This document shows positions 27,034 through 37,568 of a DNA stretch of 64,000 bases, in pieces. Source of the DNA: an uncultured virus (IMG/VR IMGVR_UViG_3300027612_000506). Lineage: Duplodnaviria; Heunggongvirae; Uroviricota; Caudoviricetes. Location of the stretch: IMG/VR virus record IMGVR_UViG_3300027612_000506; one strand, given 5' to 3'. The position numbers and the translations under genes were made by a program. The notes beneath the pieces were generated by a model. It did not search any database, was not told where the DNA came from, and worked only from the letters and a program-made list of their open reading frames with translations. The number at the start of each line of letters is the position of its first letter. The stretch's first letter is position 1.

Positions 27034-29523
27034 ATGAATAGAAACTTTTATAGCTATGCCTGGCAATATGGCAACAAGGTGTTGTTACGCGGAGTGCGTG
27101 ACGGCAAAAGATTTAACGAGCGACATGAGTTTAAGCCTACTCTTTATGTAAGAGCAGAGGGCTCCTCGCAGTACAAAGGTTTATATGGTGAAAACCTAAA
27201 ACCTATTGAGTTTGGCAACAATGCCGACTGTAAAGAATTCCAGGACAAGTATAGTGACATTGAGAACTATCCTATCTATGGACAAACTGACCTAACTTAT
27301 CAATTCCTTTCTACGCAATATCCCAATGACATTGACTTTGATTTGTCACAACTTTCAATCTGGTCAATAGATATTGAGACTACTGCTGAACAAGGGTTTC
27401 CTAATGTAGATAACCCGCTCGAAAAAGTACTTCTTATTACTGTTATGAATAATAACACAAAAGAAATATTTACATGGGGCGAGGGTGAATGGACACCCGG
27501 TGATGCTACAAAACATCTCAATGTAACATACGAGCCCTGTGTAGATGAACACGAACTTCTAACAAAATTTGGTACATGGTGGTGCAATGAATATCCAGAT
27601 GTTATTACTGGTTGGAACAGTAGTCTTTTTGACATTCCTTATATCGTTGCCCGTATGGATAAACTGTTTGGTAACGATGCAAAGAATTCTCTTAGCCCTT
27701 TTAACATGACCCGCCGTCGTGGTATTAAAATGCATAACAAGGAAATTACTGCATATGATATTAAAGGTGTTGCACAATTAGACTATCTAGACTTATACAA
27801 GAAGTTTACTTACACTGCACAGGAATCCTACAAACTAGATTACATTGCTGAGGTAGAGCTAGGTAAGAACAAGTTGGAAAGTGGCTATGATACTTTCCGA
27901 GAGTTTTATGAGAATGATTGGAATCGCTTTATTGATTACAACATCATTGATACTAAACTTGTTGATGAGCTCGAGGATAAGATGAAACTTATCGAGCTGA
28001 TTGCTACAATGGCATATGATGCTAAGTGTAATTTCAATGACATTTATTCTTCGGTGCGTACTTGGGACTGCCTACTGTACAATCACCTGCTGAATAAAAA
28101 CATTATGATTCCTGCTCGTAAAAACTCTGAGGGTCGCCGCATTGAAGGTGCGTATGTACAGGAACCTAAGCCAGGTAAGTATGACTGGGTTATGTCCTTT
28201 GATGCAACTTCCCTGTATCCCTCTATTATTATGCAATACAACATGAGTCCTGAAACACTAGTACCTGGTATGGTGGACTGCACTGTAGACTCTCTACTGG
28301 AGCGTAAGGCAGAGATAAACACTGAATATGCTGTAGCGTCTAATGGACAAACATTCCGTAGAGACAAGCAAGGATTGTTTCCTGAGATCGTATCTAAGTT
28401 TTTTGATGACCGTCAAAAGTACAAGAAGCTGATGATTGCCACACAGAACGAATACGAAAAAACAAAAAACAAAGACTTGTTGAATGATATTGCAAAATAC
28501 AATAACTTTCAGATGGCAAGAAAGATTCAGTTGAACTCTTTGTTCGGTGCTATGGGTAACGAGTACTTTAGATATTATGATACCCGTATTGCTGAAGGCA
28601 TTACAATGACAGGGCAGTTTCTAATTAGGCAAACTGCAAAGGCTCTTGATGATTATTTGAATAAGGTATGTGGTACTGAGGGTGAGATGTATTCATTTTA
28701 TTCAGACACAGACTCTTGTTACATTACTATGGATGCACTTGTACAAAAGTTCTTTAAGGGTATGTCTAAAGATAAAATCGTTGACAACTTGGATAAGATT
28801 GGTAATGATAAGATAGAGCCTGCAATTAACAAAGCAATGGTAGACATTGCTAACTACACAAATGCCTTTGAACAAAAGATATTCTTTAAGCGAGAAGCAA
28901 TTGCTGAACGAGGTATCTGGGTTGCTAAGAAGCGGTATGCACTTAATGTTTCCGACAATGAAGGAGTGCGGTACGCAGAGCCTAAACTTAAAGTTATGGG
29001 ACTTGAGATTGTAAGGTCATCTACTCCTGCTCCTGTTAGGGAGAGCTTGCGGCAAGCGGTCAAACTTTGCCTTGAAACAGATGAACAAACATTGCAAGGT
29101 TTTGTTGCTGAGAACTGGGAAGCATTTAGGAAACTTACTCCTGAGGCAATTGCATTTCCTCGAGGATGTAATAACTTAGGTAAGTACACATCTTCTTCTC
29201 ACATTTATGAGAAGGGTACACCTATGCATGTCCGAGGCGCCCTAATGTATAATCATTTATTGAAAAAGCATAAGGCAGGCAATAAATACGAGGTCATCAA
29301 TGATGGTGATAAAATTAAGTTTCTTTATCTCAAAGAACCTAATCACATTGGCGAGAACTGTGTAGGGTTTATTAGCAAACTTCCTACTGAATTTGATGTT
29401 CATCGTTATGTAGACTACGAAACTATATTTGAGAAATCATTTGTAGACCCATTAAAAACAATTGCAGAAGGCTTAGGTTGGAATACTAGACCCGTTGCAA
29501 CACTAGAGGATTTATTTTCATGA
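27034..29523 (+). CDS. gp43: Family B DNA polymerase gp43
   Basis: DIET exonuclease motif, FDATSLYPS, KIQLNSLFG, YSDTDS, C-terminal clamp-binding TLEDLF. Confidence 0.97.
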   Translation: MNRNFYSYAWQYGNKVLLRGVRDGKRFNERHEFKPTLYVRAEGSSQYKGLYGENLKPIEFGNNADCKEFQDKYSDIENYPIYGQTDLTYQFLSTQYPNDIDFDLSQLSIWSIDIETTAEQGFPNVDNPLEKVLLITVMNNNTKEIFTWGEGEWTPGDATKHLNVTYEPCVDEHELLTKFGTWWCNEYPDVITGWNSSLFDIPYIVARMDKLFGNDAKNSLSPFNMTRRRGIKMHNKEITAYDIKGVAQLDYLDLYKKFTYTAQESYKLDYIAEVELGKNKLESGYDTFREFYENDWNRFIDYNIIDTKLVDELEDKMKLIELIATMAYDAKCNFNDIYSSVRTWDCLLYNHLLNKNIMIPARKNSEGRRIEGAYVQEPKPGKYDWVMSFDATSLYPSIIMQYNMSPETLVPGMVDCTVDSLLERKAEINTEYAVASNGQTFRRDKQGLFPEIVSKFFDDRQKYKKLMIATQNEYEKTKNKDLLNDIAKYNNFQMARKIQLNSLFGAMGNEYFRYYDTRIAEGITMTGQFLIRQTAKALDDYLNKVCGTEGEMYSFYSDTDSCYITMDALVQKFFKGMSKDKIVDNLDKIGNDKIEPAINKAMVDIANYTNAFEQKIFFKREAIAERGIWVAKKRYALNVSDNEGVRYAEPKLKVMGLEIVRSSTPAPVRESLRQAVKLCLETDEQTLQGFVAENWEAFRKLTPEAIAFPRGCNNLGKYTSSSHIYEKGTPMHVRGALMYNHLLKKHKAGNKYEVINDGDKIKFLYLKEPNHIGENCVGFISKLPTEFDVHRYVDYETIFEKSFVDPLKTIAEGLGWNTRPVATLEDLFS

Positions 29524-29900
29524 GCGACTATCAATACGATGTAGACCAATTTATGCTGGCGGCAGGACAAATGCCTCTATATGGCACAATGCCGCAAGAC
29601 ATTGAGGCACAAGCCAAACTTTATATGGATCTAATTACCGAGGAGTATAATGAAACTCTCGAAGCCTACAAGGCAGGTGATAAGGTTGAAATTGCCGATG
29701 GTCTTGCCGATATGGTATGGGTTATTATGGGAATGGCTACCACTTTAGATATTCCTTTTGATAGAGTTTGGAATGAGGTTCGTGCGTCTAACATGAGCAA
29801 ATGTATTGAGGGTAAAGTCATTAAAGATCCTGATACAGGTAAGGTACTGAAACCCGACGGTTACTTCCGTCCTGACATTGCTAAGGTACTTAGTTCATAA
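29520..29900 (+). CDS. MazG-like NTP pyrophosphohydrolase (PRA-PH-like)
   Basis: EEYNE...EIADGLAD, SNMSK, GKVLKP. Confidence 0.8.
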   Translation: MSDYQYDVDQFMLAAGQMPLYGTMPQDIEAQAKLYMDLITEEYNETLEAYKAGDKVEIADGLADMVWVIMGMATTLDIPFDRVWNEVRASNMSKCIEGKVIKDPDTGKVLKPDGYFRPDIAKVLSS

Positions 29901-30370
29901 TGGAACCTATTACTCATCTTAACTATCCTCTTAATAAGGATTTACTTCTTGTCATTGCAGAAATGGTTAAGCAGGATGCAAAGCCTTATACGGATCCTAG
30001 GTATGAGAAATCATTAGATACTTGGTTAATACTGAAACACACTGCACCTTATATTGAAAAGATTATGGAAGACTTTGGTGTTAATGGTAGTCCTAGGTTT
30101 TACTGGCAGGAAGCCAATTCAGTGTTGCCGATGCATGTGGATAACAATACGACCTGTTCGCTAAATTTTATCTTGACAGAGAACCCTGCACCTGTTACTA
30201 TAGGCGATGTAGATTACACATATGAACAAGCACTACTAAATACAACAGTACTACATGGTGTTAAAACAAATGATGAGGACAGAATACTATTGAAAATTAG
30301 TATTTTTGATGAATCATATGAGGATCTTTTAAAAAGAATACCTTATGTGAAAGAGGTTGTTAATGGATAA
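29900..30370 (+). CDS. Putative 2OG-Fe(II)/cupin oxygenase
   Basis: PMHVD (HxD), LNTTVLHGV, R-ILLKIS. Confidence 0.55.
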   Translation: MEPITHLNYPLNKDLLLVIAEMVKQDAKPYTDPRYEKSLDTWLILKHTAPYIEKIMEDFGVNGSPRFYWQEANSVLPMHVDNNTTCSLNFILTENPAPVTIGDVDYTYEQALLNTTVLHGVKTNDEDRILLKISIFDESYEDLLKRIPYVKEVVNG

Positions 30371-31052
30371 AGTATTTAAGCCAATCGACGGGTATGATGT
30401 ATCCAAGTTAAATGATAACATCGAAGAAATTACAAAGGAATATACGGAAAACATAGTAGCATTCCGTGAATATATGGATAACCATCCAGAACATCTTAGT
30501 GCCGCTGAGGCGTCCCGTAGCAACATGGGTGATATATTTCCAAATGTTCCTGTTAAAACACAAAGAGCCTCTCAACCATATGCAGATGGTTGGACTTCTA
30601 ATTGGCTTGGATATAATACAAAACTTTATGAACCTGTAGAAAAGTATTTCCCTAAAACATATGAAATTTTAAACGGTTTTGGAAATGTATTCTATGCACA
30701 GTTTGGTTCTCTTAAACCTCACGGCCGCATTAATGGACATTGGGGTGAAAAAAAGGATTTTATTCAAAGGTCACAATGGTGTTTTATTGCCCCCTCAGAT
30801 TCAAAGAACTGTTATATCGCAGGAACGGACAGTTTGGATGATAACTGTGAAGTAGAGCTTTTTCATTATGAAAAGAAATCCTCTTTTATATTTGATGATG
30901 CTAAATATTATCATTGGATAGAAAATAACACCGACGAGGAAAGAGTTGTTCTACTTATAGACTATTGGACTGATATGTCCAAAAAGAAAGATTACGATTA
31001 CTATTTGTATTATGGGCAAAGTGTTGTAAACGCATTTGGCCTTAACAATTGA
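30363..31052 (+). CDS. Aspartyl/asparaginyl beta-hydroxylase-like 2OG oxygenase
   Basis: LKP..RINGH, FIFDD..YHWIEN..DEERVVLLID. Confidence 0.7.
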   Translation: MDKVFKPIDGYDVSKLNDNIEEITKEYTENIVAFREYMDNHPEHLSAAEASRSNMGDIFPNVPVKTQRASQPYADGWTSNWLGYNTKLYEPVEKYFPKTYEILNGFGNVFYAQFGSLKPHGRINGHWGEKKDFIQRSQWCFIAPSDSKNCYIAGTDSLDDNCEVELFHYEKKSSFIFDDAKYYHWIENNTDEERVVLLIDYWTDMSKKKDYDYYLYYGQSVVNAFGLNN

Positions 31053-31076
31053 TATTAGCAAACTACGGAGAATATA

Positions 31077-32141
31077 ATGAGCTTACTTGATAAACTTAGA
31101 AAGAACTCGACTATTAAAGAGTCGTCTGTTCTTACAACATCTAAATTCTTTGGAACAAAGGATTTGATTCAGACTTCGGTGCCTGCATTGAATGTAGCAC
31201 TTAGCGGTAGATTAGATGGGGGACTTACTCCGGGACTAACGGTATTTGCAGGACCTAGTAAACACTTTAAGACTGCATTTGCTATGTTACTTGCTAAATC
31301 TTATTTGGACAAGTATGATGATGCAGTTATTCTATTTTACGATTCAGAGTTTGGTGCACCTCAAGGTTACTTTACTAGTTTCGGCATTGATACAGATAGG
31401 GTTGTCCATACTCCTATTACTGATATTGAACAATTGAAACATGATGTGATGTCTCAACTTAACGGCATTGAAAGAGGCGACCATGTTATGGTCATTGTCG
31501 ATTCAGTGGGCAACTTAGCAAGTAAGAAAGAAGTAGATGATGCACTTGAAGGTAAGTCTGTTGCTGATATGACTCGTGCAAAACAAATGAAATCCCTGTT
31601 CCGTATGATTACACCTCACCTTACAATTAAGGATATTCCTGCTGTAGTGGTTAACCATACCTACAAGGAAATTGGATTGTTTCCGAAAGATGTTGTTTCA
31701 GGCGGTACAGGCATTTACTACTCCGCAGATAACATTTTCATTATCGGACGCCAACAAGAAAAAACAGGCACAGACATTACAGGATACAACTTTATTATTA
31801 ATGTTGAGAAGTCCCGATATGTTCGTGAGAAGTCTAAAATTCCTGTTGAAGTATCCTTTGAAGGTGGTATTAGTAAATGGTCAGGCTTGTTGGCTATGGC
31901 ACTTGAGTCTGGGCATGTAACTAAGCCATCCAATGGTTGGTATCAACTCGCTAAAGATGGTGAGGACAGCAAAAAGTACCGCACAAAGGAAACATACACT
32001 AAGGACTTCTGGTTGCCTATCTTAGCAGATGAAACATTTTCATCTTGGATTCAGAAACGATATCTAATTGCTAGTGGTGATATTATTCAGGAAGAAGTTT
32101 CCGCCGAAGATATCGCAGAGGCTTATGGCGATGTTGACTGA
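31077..32141 (+). CDS. uvsX: RecA-like recombinase UvsX
   Basis: AGPSKHFKT, FYDSEFG, VVSGGTG. Confidence 0.95.
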   Translation: MSLLDKLRKNSTIKESSVLTTSKFFGTKDLIQTSVPALNVALSGRLDGGLTPGLTVFAGPSKHFKTAFAMLLAKSYLDKYDDAVILFYDSEFGAPQGYFTSFGIDTDRVVHTPITDIEQLKHDVMSQLNGIERGDHVMVIVDSVGNLASKKEVDDALEGKSVADMTRAKQMKSLFRMITPHLTIKDIPAVVVNHTYKEIGLFPKDVVSGGTGIYYSADNIFIIGRQQEKTGTDITGYNFIINVEKSRYVREKSKIPVEVSFEGGISKWSGLLAMALESGHVTKPSNGWYQLAKDGEDSKKYRTKETYTKDFWLPILADETFSSWIQKRYLIASGDIIQEEVSAEDIAEAYGDVD

Positions 32142-32781
32142 GATTGCAAATCTCTTCAATAATCTCGATGACCTAAATGTTACACATTATTCTGAACCGT
32201 GTAGTGTTTGGGTTGTTGATGACTTTCTACCAACTAATATTTTCGAGACATGTTTACAAGAAATTAATACTCGTACTATATGGGAGGATGTAGATGTTAA
32301 GACACCTTTACCTTATGTTACTCGATATGAATATAGGAAGTTGGACAAAACTCCTTACACCGAAAGCATAATTAATTATTTAAATGCCGGCAAGTTTCTT
32401 ACCTGGATTGAAAGTAAATCTAAATACAGTGGATTATTACCAGACCCATACTTGCATGGTGGAGGTGTTTGTAGAATCCCCGCCGGGAAAACACTTACTG
32501 TCCACAAGGATTTTAATTGGAACGATAAAATAAAATGTAGCCATGTAATAAATGCATGTCTTTATATGGACACTGGCGGCGACTTGCAATTTTGGGACGG
32601 AGATGAATGTATATTTACTGTAGATGTTAAACCAAATCGGTTAATATTTTGGGAAGACCCTCATCTATACAAACATGGGTTCAGTGAAATGTTAGAAACA
32701 GATAGGACAAATTTGGTGCTGTTTTATTATGAAAGTGATTGTACCCCACCTGAAAATGTCAATAAATCTTATGAGGCTTAA
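32131..32781 (+). CDS. 2OG-Fe(II) oxygenase
   Basis: PDPYLHGGG, VHKDFN, GGDLQFW, HGF. Confidence 0.8.
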   Translation: MLTEIANLFNNLDDLNVTHYSEPCSVWVVDDFLPTNIFETCLQEINTRTIWEDVDVKTPLPYVTRYEYRKLDKTPYTESIINYLNAGKFLTWIESKSKYSGLLPDPYLHGGGVCRIPAGKTLTVHKDFNWNDKIKCSHVINACLYMDTGGDLQFWDGDECIFTVDVKPNRLIFWEDPHLYKHGFSEMLETDRTNLVLFYYESDCTPPENVNKSYEA

Positions 32782-32783
32782 TT

Positions 32784-32948
32784 ATGAATAAATGTGACCG
32801 TTGCGATGTAGAAATACTTGACGATGATGCCGCAATATGTTTTAATAGCGGTGATGAAGAGGTTTACCTATGTGAGCCTTGTATTGAGGATGTGAAGCGG
32901 GAGTGGATGAGTGAGAATCGAGACACAAATATTATCGAATCTAATTAA
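32784..32948 (+). CDS. Small zinc-ribbon protein (54 aa, not in the ORF track)
   Basis: CDRC...CEPC; GAGG RBS. Confidence 0.55.
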   Translation: MNKCDRCDVEILDDDAAICFNSGDEEVYLCEPCIEDVKREWMSENRDTNIIESN

Positions 32949-34302
32949 TGATGAGGAATATGTTCGCAAGACTATTCCATTTATAAAAGACGAGTATTTT
33001 TCCGACCTTGAGGATAGAAAGGTATTCGGTGTTATTAAACAGTTCGTAGACAAATACAATAGTCCTCCTACAAAAAGTGCCTTGCTGATTAGCTTACAAG
33101 AAGACCGCAGTATCTCTGAGGACATGTATGTTAAGTGTGAGACAATTATTAATGCACTTAATGCAGATGATAAAACAGACTCCTCCTGGCTTATTGATGA
33201 GACTGAAAAGTTCTGTAAGGATAGAGCATTAGTTAATGCTATTATGGATTCTATTCAGATTATTGAAGGTCAAGGTGGGGATTACAGTAAAGATTCACTG
33301 CCTAGCCTGCTCTCACAAGCTCTTAGCGTGGGGTTCGATAATAATGTTGGACACGACTACATTGAGAACGCAGATGAACGGTATGAGTTTTATCATCGCT
33401 TGGAAGAAAAAATTCCTTTTGACCTTGAATACTTTAATCTTATCACTGAGGGTGGGTTAGCAAACAAGACTCTCAATGTTGCACTTGCAGGTACAGGTGT
33501 GGGTAAGTCCTTGTTCATGTGTCACATGGCAGCCGGTGCTATTTCACAGGCTAAAAATGTGTTGTACATTACACTTGAAATGGCAGAGGAACGCATTGCT
33601 GAAAGAATAGATGCTAACATGATGAATGTTGCTATTCAGGAACTGGGCGACCTATCTAAGAAAATGTTTAGTGAACGAATTGATAAGATTCGTAACAAGA
33701 TTCAAGGTAGGTTGGTTATTAAAGAATACCCTACTGCATCTGCACATTCAGGACACTTTAAGTCTTTGCTAGGTGAATTAAAAATTAAAAGAAACTTTGT
33801 TCCTGATATTATCTTTATTGACTATCTGAATATTTGTGCTAGTTCTAGATTTAAACCTAGTGCCAATGCAAATTCGTATACTATTATTAAAAGTATTGCT
33901 GAGGAATTGCGGGGCCTGGCTGTAGAGTTTGACTTGCCTATTGTTACTGCAACACAAACAACAAGAAGCGGCTACTCTAATAGTGATGTAGAACTTACAG
34001 ATACATCTGAATCGTTTGGTTTGCCTGCGACTGCTGACTTGATGTTTGCTCTTATCTCTACTGAAGAACTTGAGCAACAGGGTCAATTGATGGTGAAGCA
34101 ATTGAAGAACAGGTATTCAGATCCTACTAGAAACAAACGATTTATGGTGGGTGTCGATAGAAGTAAGATGCGCCTGTATGATTTGGATAGTGAGGCACAA
34201 AAGAACATTACAGACTCTGGGCAGGATGACAATGTGCCTGTATTTGATAGGGGACAGATGAGTACTCGTATTTCAAATGATTATGGAAGCATTAAGTTCT
34301 AG
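32911..34302 (+). CDS. gp41: Replicative helicase gp41
   Basis: AGTGVGKS, TLEMAEE, IKEYPT, SESFGLPATAD. Confidence 0.95.
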   Translation: MRIETQILSNLINDEEYVRKTIPFIKDEYFSDLEDRKVFGVIKQFVDKYNSPPTKSALLISLQEDRSISEDMYVKCETIINALNADDKTDSSWLIDETEKFCKDRALVNAIMDSIQIIEGQGGDYSKDSLPSLLSQALSVGFDNNVGHDYIENADERYEFYHRLEEKIPFDLEYFNLITEGGLANKTLNVALAGTGVGKSLFMCHMAAGAISQAKNVLYITLEMAEERIAERIDANMMNVAIQELGDLSKKMFSERIDKIRNKIQGRLVIKEYPTASAHSGHFKSLLGELKIKRNFVPDIIFIDYLNICASSRFKPSANANSYTIIKSIAEELRGLAVEFDLPIVTATQTTRSGYSNSDVELTDTSESFGLPATADLMFALISTEELEQQGQLMVKQLKNRYSDPTRNKRFMVGVDRSKMRLYDLDSEAQKNITDSGQDDNVPVFDRGQMSTRISNDYGSIKF

Positions 34303-35876
34303 TGTATGATGTCGTCTTTATTAACAGCGGTCCAATGCCCAACCACAAAATCCGTGGATTGGGTCCACACCTTCTTGCGGAGGAATTAAGACGACACGGC
34401 TACAGTGCGATTGTTTTAGACTTCATTGAGTACTGGAACATTTATGAATTCGGGAAGGCAATTGATAAGGTGGTGACACAAAACACCAAAGCAATTGCCT
34501 TTTCCATGACCTGGACATCTTCGGGTACGGGCACCGAACAAATAATTGAGAAAACTTGGAACACAGAAACAAGTAATGATGTTTATATTGGTGATTACCT
34601 TGTAAATGGTAAATTCACTTGGATGTTGGAAAGAATAAAACAGAATAACAATCAAGTAAAAATTATTGCAGGTGGTAGTAAAGCTCCCTCATTAGATACA
34701 CTATTGGGTTCCCATGTTGACCATATTATATGTGGCTATGGTGAAACCCAATTCATAGATTTAATAAAAAGCCCACTAGACTATTCTAGAATAATTAGTC
34801 ACGATACTAAGGCACATGCAGAACATACCTGTTTCGATTTTGCAAAAAGCAGAGCTAGTTTTACACCTAATACATTTTTAACTCCACATGAAGTCGTACC
34901 TATGGAGTGTTCTAGAGGGTGTAGATTTAAATGTAAGTTTTGTTCTTTTCCTTTAATTGGGATGAAAAATATTGCAGGATATATTAAAACAAAGGAAGCC
35001 TTTAGAGACGAACTGATTTATAATTACGAACACTTTGGCATAACAAAATATTCAATACAGGATGATACCTTCAATGATACAATCGAAAAGGTTAGGTTTT
35101 TTGCAGATGTAGTTGATTCGCTGCCTTTTAAAATTTATTTTTGGTGTTACTTGCGAGCGGACTTACTTGTCACACAACCTGAGCAGATAGAATTATTACA
35201 TCAAATGGGCTTAGTGCATACTTGGTTTGGTATTGAGACTTACAACCAGAGAGCAGGGAAAGTAGTAGGTAAAGGACTAGACCCAGAGCGAATTAAGGAT
35301 ATGCTGTACCAGGCAAAAAGTGTATGGAAGGGTGATGTGTTTGTACAACAAGGTTACATTGTAGGATTGCCCCATGAGAATATTGAATCAGTAGTACATC
35401 ATGCCGAATGGTTAGCAAGTGAGGAATGTCCGGTAGATAACACATTGTTTATACCGTTGTATATCCTACCTAAAGAACTACAGAATAAGTATGTACTCAA
35501 TTATACTTCTGAGTTTGATAGAACATATCAGCAATATGGATACTCCTTTCCTGATGCAAACAACCCGGATGGTCTGAAGGCAGTGAGATGGGAAAAAATT
35601 GATGGCTCCGATATTACATCCTTTGAAATTGCACAGGGCATATGTAATAGATTAAATCCTTGGGTCGAACAAAAGAAACCATTATATCCTTTGAAACCTG
35701 GTATATTTGATACAGCCAGACCTTTTAAGGAACTAGAGGACTTTGAGAAGATTCGTAATTTGCCTACAGAGGAATATGATAATCTTATGGCAAGCCTGCC
35801 AACCCTGGGCGACACGGAAGCATATATAGAAAAGTTAAGAGAAACATATATCGAACCGCTTTTGGAATCTTTATAA
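34302..35876 (+). CDS. B12-binding radical SAM enzyme
   Basis: SRGCRFKCKFC, DDTFND, FGIET, IVGLP; N-terminal cobalamin-binding-like domain. Confidence 0.8.
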   Translation: MYDVVFINSGPMPNHKIRGLGPHLLAEELRRHGYSAIVLDFIEYWNIYEFGKAIDKVVTQNTKAIAFSMTWTSSGTGTEQIIEKTWNTETSNDVYIGDYLVNGKFTWMLERIKQNNNQVKIIAGGSKAPSLDTLLGSHVDHIICGYGETQFIDLIKSPLDYSRIISHDTKAHAEHTCFDFAKSRASFTPNTFLTPHEVVPMECSRGCRFKCKFCSFPLIGMKNIAGYIKTKEAFRDELIYNYEHFGITKYSIQDDTFNDTIEKVRFFADVVDSLPFKIYFWCYLRADLLVTQPEQIELLHQMGLVHTWFGIETYNQRAGKVVGKGLDPERIKDMLYQAKSVWKGDVFVQQGYIVGLPHENIESVVHHAEWLASEECPVDNTLFIPLYILPKELQNKYVLNYTSEFDRTYQQYGYSFPDANNPDGLKAVRWEKIDGSDITSFEIAQGICNRLNPWVEQKKPLYPLKPGIFDTARPFKELEDFEKIRNLPTEEYDNLMASLPTLGDTEAYIEKLRETYIEPLLESL

Positions 35877-35879
35877 ATA
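35872..35879 (+). promoter_or_regulatory. Late promoter TATAAATA, 5 nt before the ATG
   Basis: Exact motif. Confidence 0.75.
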
Positions 35880-35884
35880 CTTGT

Positions 35885-36274
35885 ATGACTAAAATATATT
35901 CACTACTAATTATTTTCGGTGTTGTAGGTGCAGTCCTATTTGGTGCTTGGTATGAGTATAAGGATATGCAGACACGCATGGAAACTCTCCGTGAGAACAA
36001 TGCAAAACTAGCCGAGTCTGCCAAAGCAAATGCCGATGCTCTTACTGAGGTACAGCAATTTGCCGAACAGATGGCAGAGCAAAATGCTACCCTGCAACAG
36101 GACTTGCAGAAAGCGGAATCATATAAGGATGATTTACTGGGAAAATTGCAGAAGCATGACCTTGCTTTACTGAGTCTGAAAAAACCTGGTTTAATCGAAA
36201 AGAGAATTAATAATGCTACAGCTAAAGTATTTGACGAAATTGAGTCTATTACTAAGCTCAGCCCTGCTAATTAG
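35885..36274 (+). CDS. Putative i-spanin (Rz-like)
   Basis: N-terminal TM helix and coiled coil; overlaps a lipoprotein gene. Confidence 0.65.
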   Translation: MTKIYSLLIIFGVVGAVLFGAWYEYKDMQTRMETLRENNAKLAESAKANADALTEVQQFAEQMAEQNATLQQDLQKAESYKDDLLGKLQKHDLALLSLKKPGLIEKRINNATAKVFDEIESITKLSPAN

Positions 36275-36608
36275 CGGCTGTTCTTTATTACGAACTCCTG
36301 AAAAGGAGATAGTGATTCAAAATCAAATCGTCGATAAAAAAATCCCACTACAGACCGCACCTAAGCCTGTCACTTTAGGACAGACTAAATTCTATGTTGT
36401 AACTACTGAAAATTTTGACGAGTTTATAGAAACATTTAAAAAAGAGAACGGCGACCCGTGGGTGTTTTATGCAATGAGTGTTCGCTCGTATGAAACTATG
36501 TCTGTGAATGTAGCAGAGATTAGAAGATATTTGGAACAGCAAAAGGCTATCATAGTGTACTATGAGAATGCCATCACCAGTAAACCTAAAGAAGAGGTAG
36601 TAGAGTAA
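36213..36608 (+). CDS. Putative o-spanin lipoprotein (Rz1-like)
   Basis: Lipobox LISGC and Pro-rich segment; overlaps the i-spanin gene. Confidence 0.65.
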   Translation: MLQLKYLTKLSLLLSSALLISGCSLLRTPEKEIVIQNQIVDKKIPLQTAPKPVTLGQTKFYVVTTENFDEFIETFKKENGDPWVFYAMSVRSYETMSVNVAEIRRYLEQQKAIIVYYENAITSKPKEEVVE

Positions 36609-36979
36609 TGCGTATGCTTGCGGTGTTAGCAGTATGTTCTATGTTTGTAGCGGGGTGCAGTGGAGTCCCCTCAATTAGTTTTCAAGATTCAAACGAATCA
36701 ATCCTGGCAGTTGAAGTTCGTCTGGAAGTATCCAGATTAGATTGTAAAAATCCAGGAACACAGTTAAGCACAATTAAACGAAGCGTAGACTTTCTGCAAT
36801 TGTATTCTGAATCCAAAGGGTCTAAGGACTTACAGGCTATGGTGTTAGAAATGCAGGATACTACTAACGGGCTATATGCTAAGGGGAACAACTTGTCTCC
36901 AGTATTTTGTGACTTGAAAAAGAAAGTTCTTACCACACAGAGCAAAGACATAGCTGATGCAGTTATGAGGAGATTCTAA
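36608..36979 (+). CDS. Lipoprotein
   Basis: Signal peptide with lipobox VAGC. Confidence 0.65.
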   Translation: MRMLAVLAVCSMFVAGCSGVPSISFQDSNESILAVEVRLEVSRLDCKNPGTQLSTIKRSVDFLQLYSESKGSKDLQAMVLEMQDTTNGLYAKGNNLSPVFCDLKKKVLTTQSKDIADAVMRRF

Positions 36980-37212
36980 TGTTAGATGATATTAAGGCAC
37001 TACTCAATTGCGGCGATGAAGAAGTAGAAAAACAAGCCCAAATCATTATTGATGTTACTGAACATCGAGAAGCAGGACATATTACAGAAAGTGAATACAA
37101 AGAAATTCTAGAGGATTGTGTTCGTATGAATAACATTTCTGAAATGTCTGATGATATGGTTTTAAAGGCAAATTTAGCAAAAGCCGCTAGTTTAATTCTC
37201 AAATTATTATAA
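36979..37212 (+). CDS. Hypothetical protein
   Basis: GAGGAG RBS, coupled to the upstream gene. Confidence 0.55.
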   Translation: MLDDIKALLNCGDEEVEKQAQIIIDVTEHREAGHITESEYKEILEDCVRMNNISEMSDDMVLKANLAKAASLILKLL

Positions 37213-37215
37213 ATA
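37208..37215 (+). promoter_or_regulatory. Late promoter TATAAATA
   Basis: Exact motif. Confidence 0.7.
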
Positions 37216-37247
37216 CATTTAATGAGTATCCATTAATGGAGAGATAG

Positions 37248-37568
37248 ATGTCTAAAACACTTGAAGAAGGCAGCACATATGCAAGTGCTGATTTGGATGG
37301 TGATGGTGTCGTAACAGACGAAGAGCTCGCTAAACACGAGCGAATGATTATGATAGAGAATGAAGATAAGAAACAGGATGCACAACGAAATATGGCATGG
37401 TTTGCTCTTGCCGGCATGTTGTTGTATCCTTTCGCAGTAGTTATTGCATATGGTTCCGGTTTCGATGGAGCGGCTACAATCCTAGGTGACATGGCAGCCA
37501 CTTATTTTGTTTCGGTCGCCGCAATTGTCGCCGCATTTTACGGCTCACAAGCCTTAGGTAAAAAATAA
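37248..37568 (+). CDS. Two-TM holin-like membrane protein with an EF-hand-like loop
   Basis: DLDGDGVVTDEE, then two hydrophobic helices and a basic C-terminus. Confidence 0.5.
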   Translation: MSKTLEEGSTYASADLDGDGVVTDEELAKHERMIMIENEDKKQDAQRNMAWFALAGMLLYPFAVVIAYGSGFDGAATILGDMAATYFVSVAAIVAAFYGSQALGKK

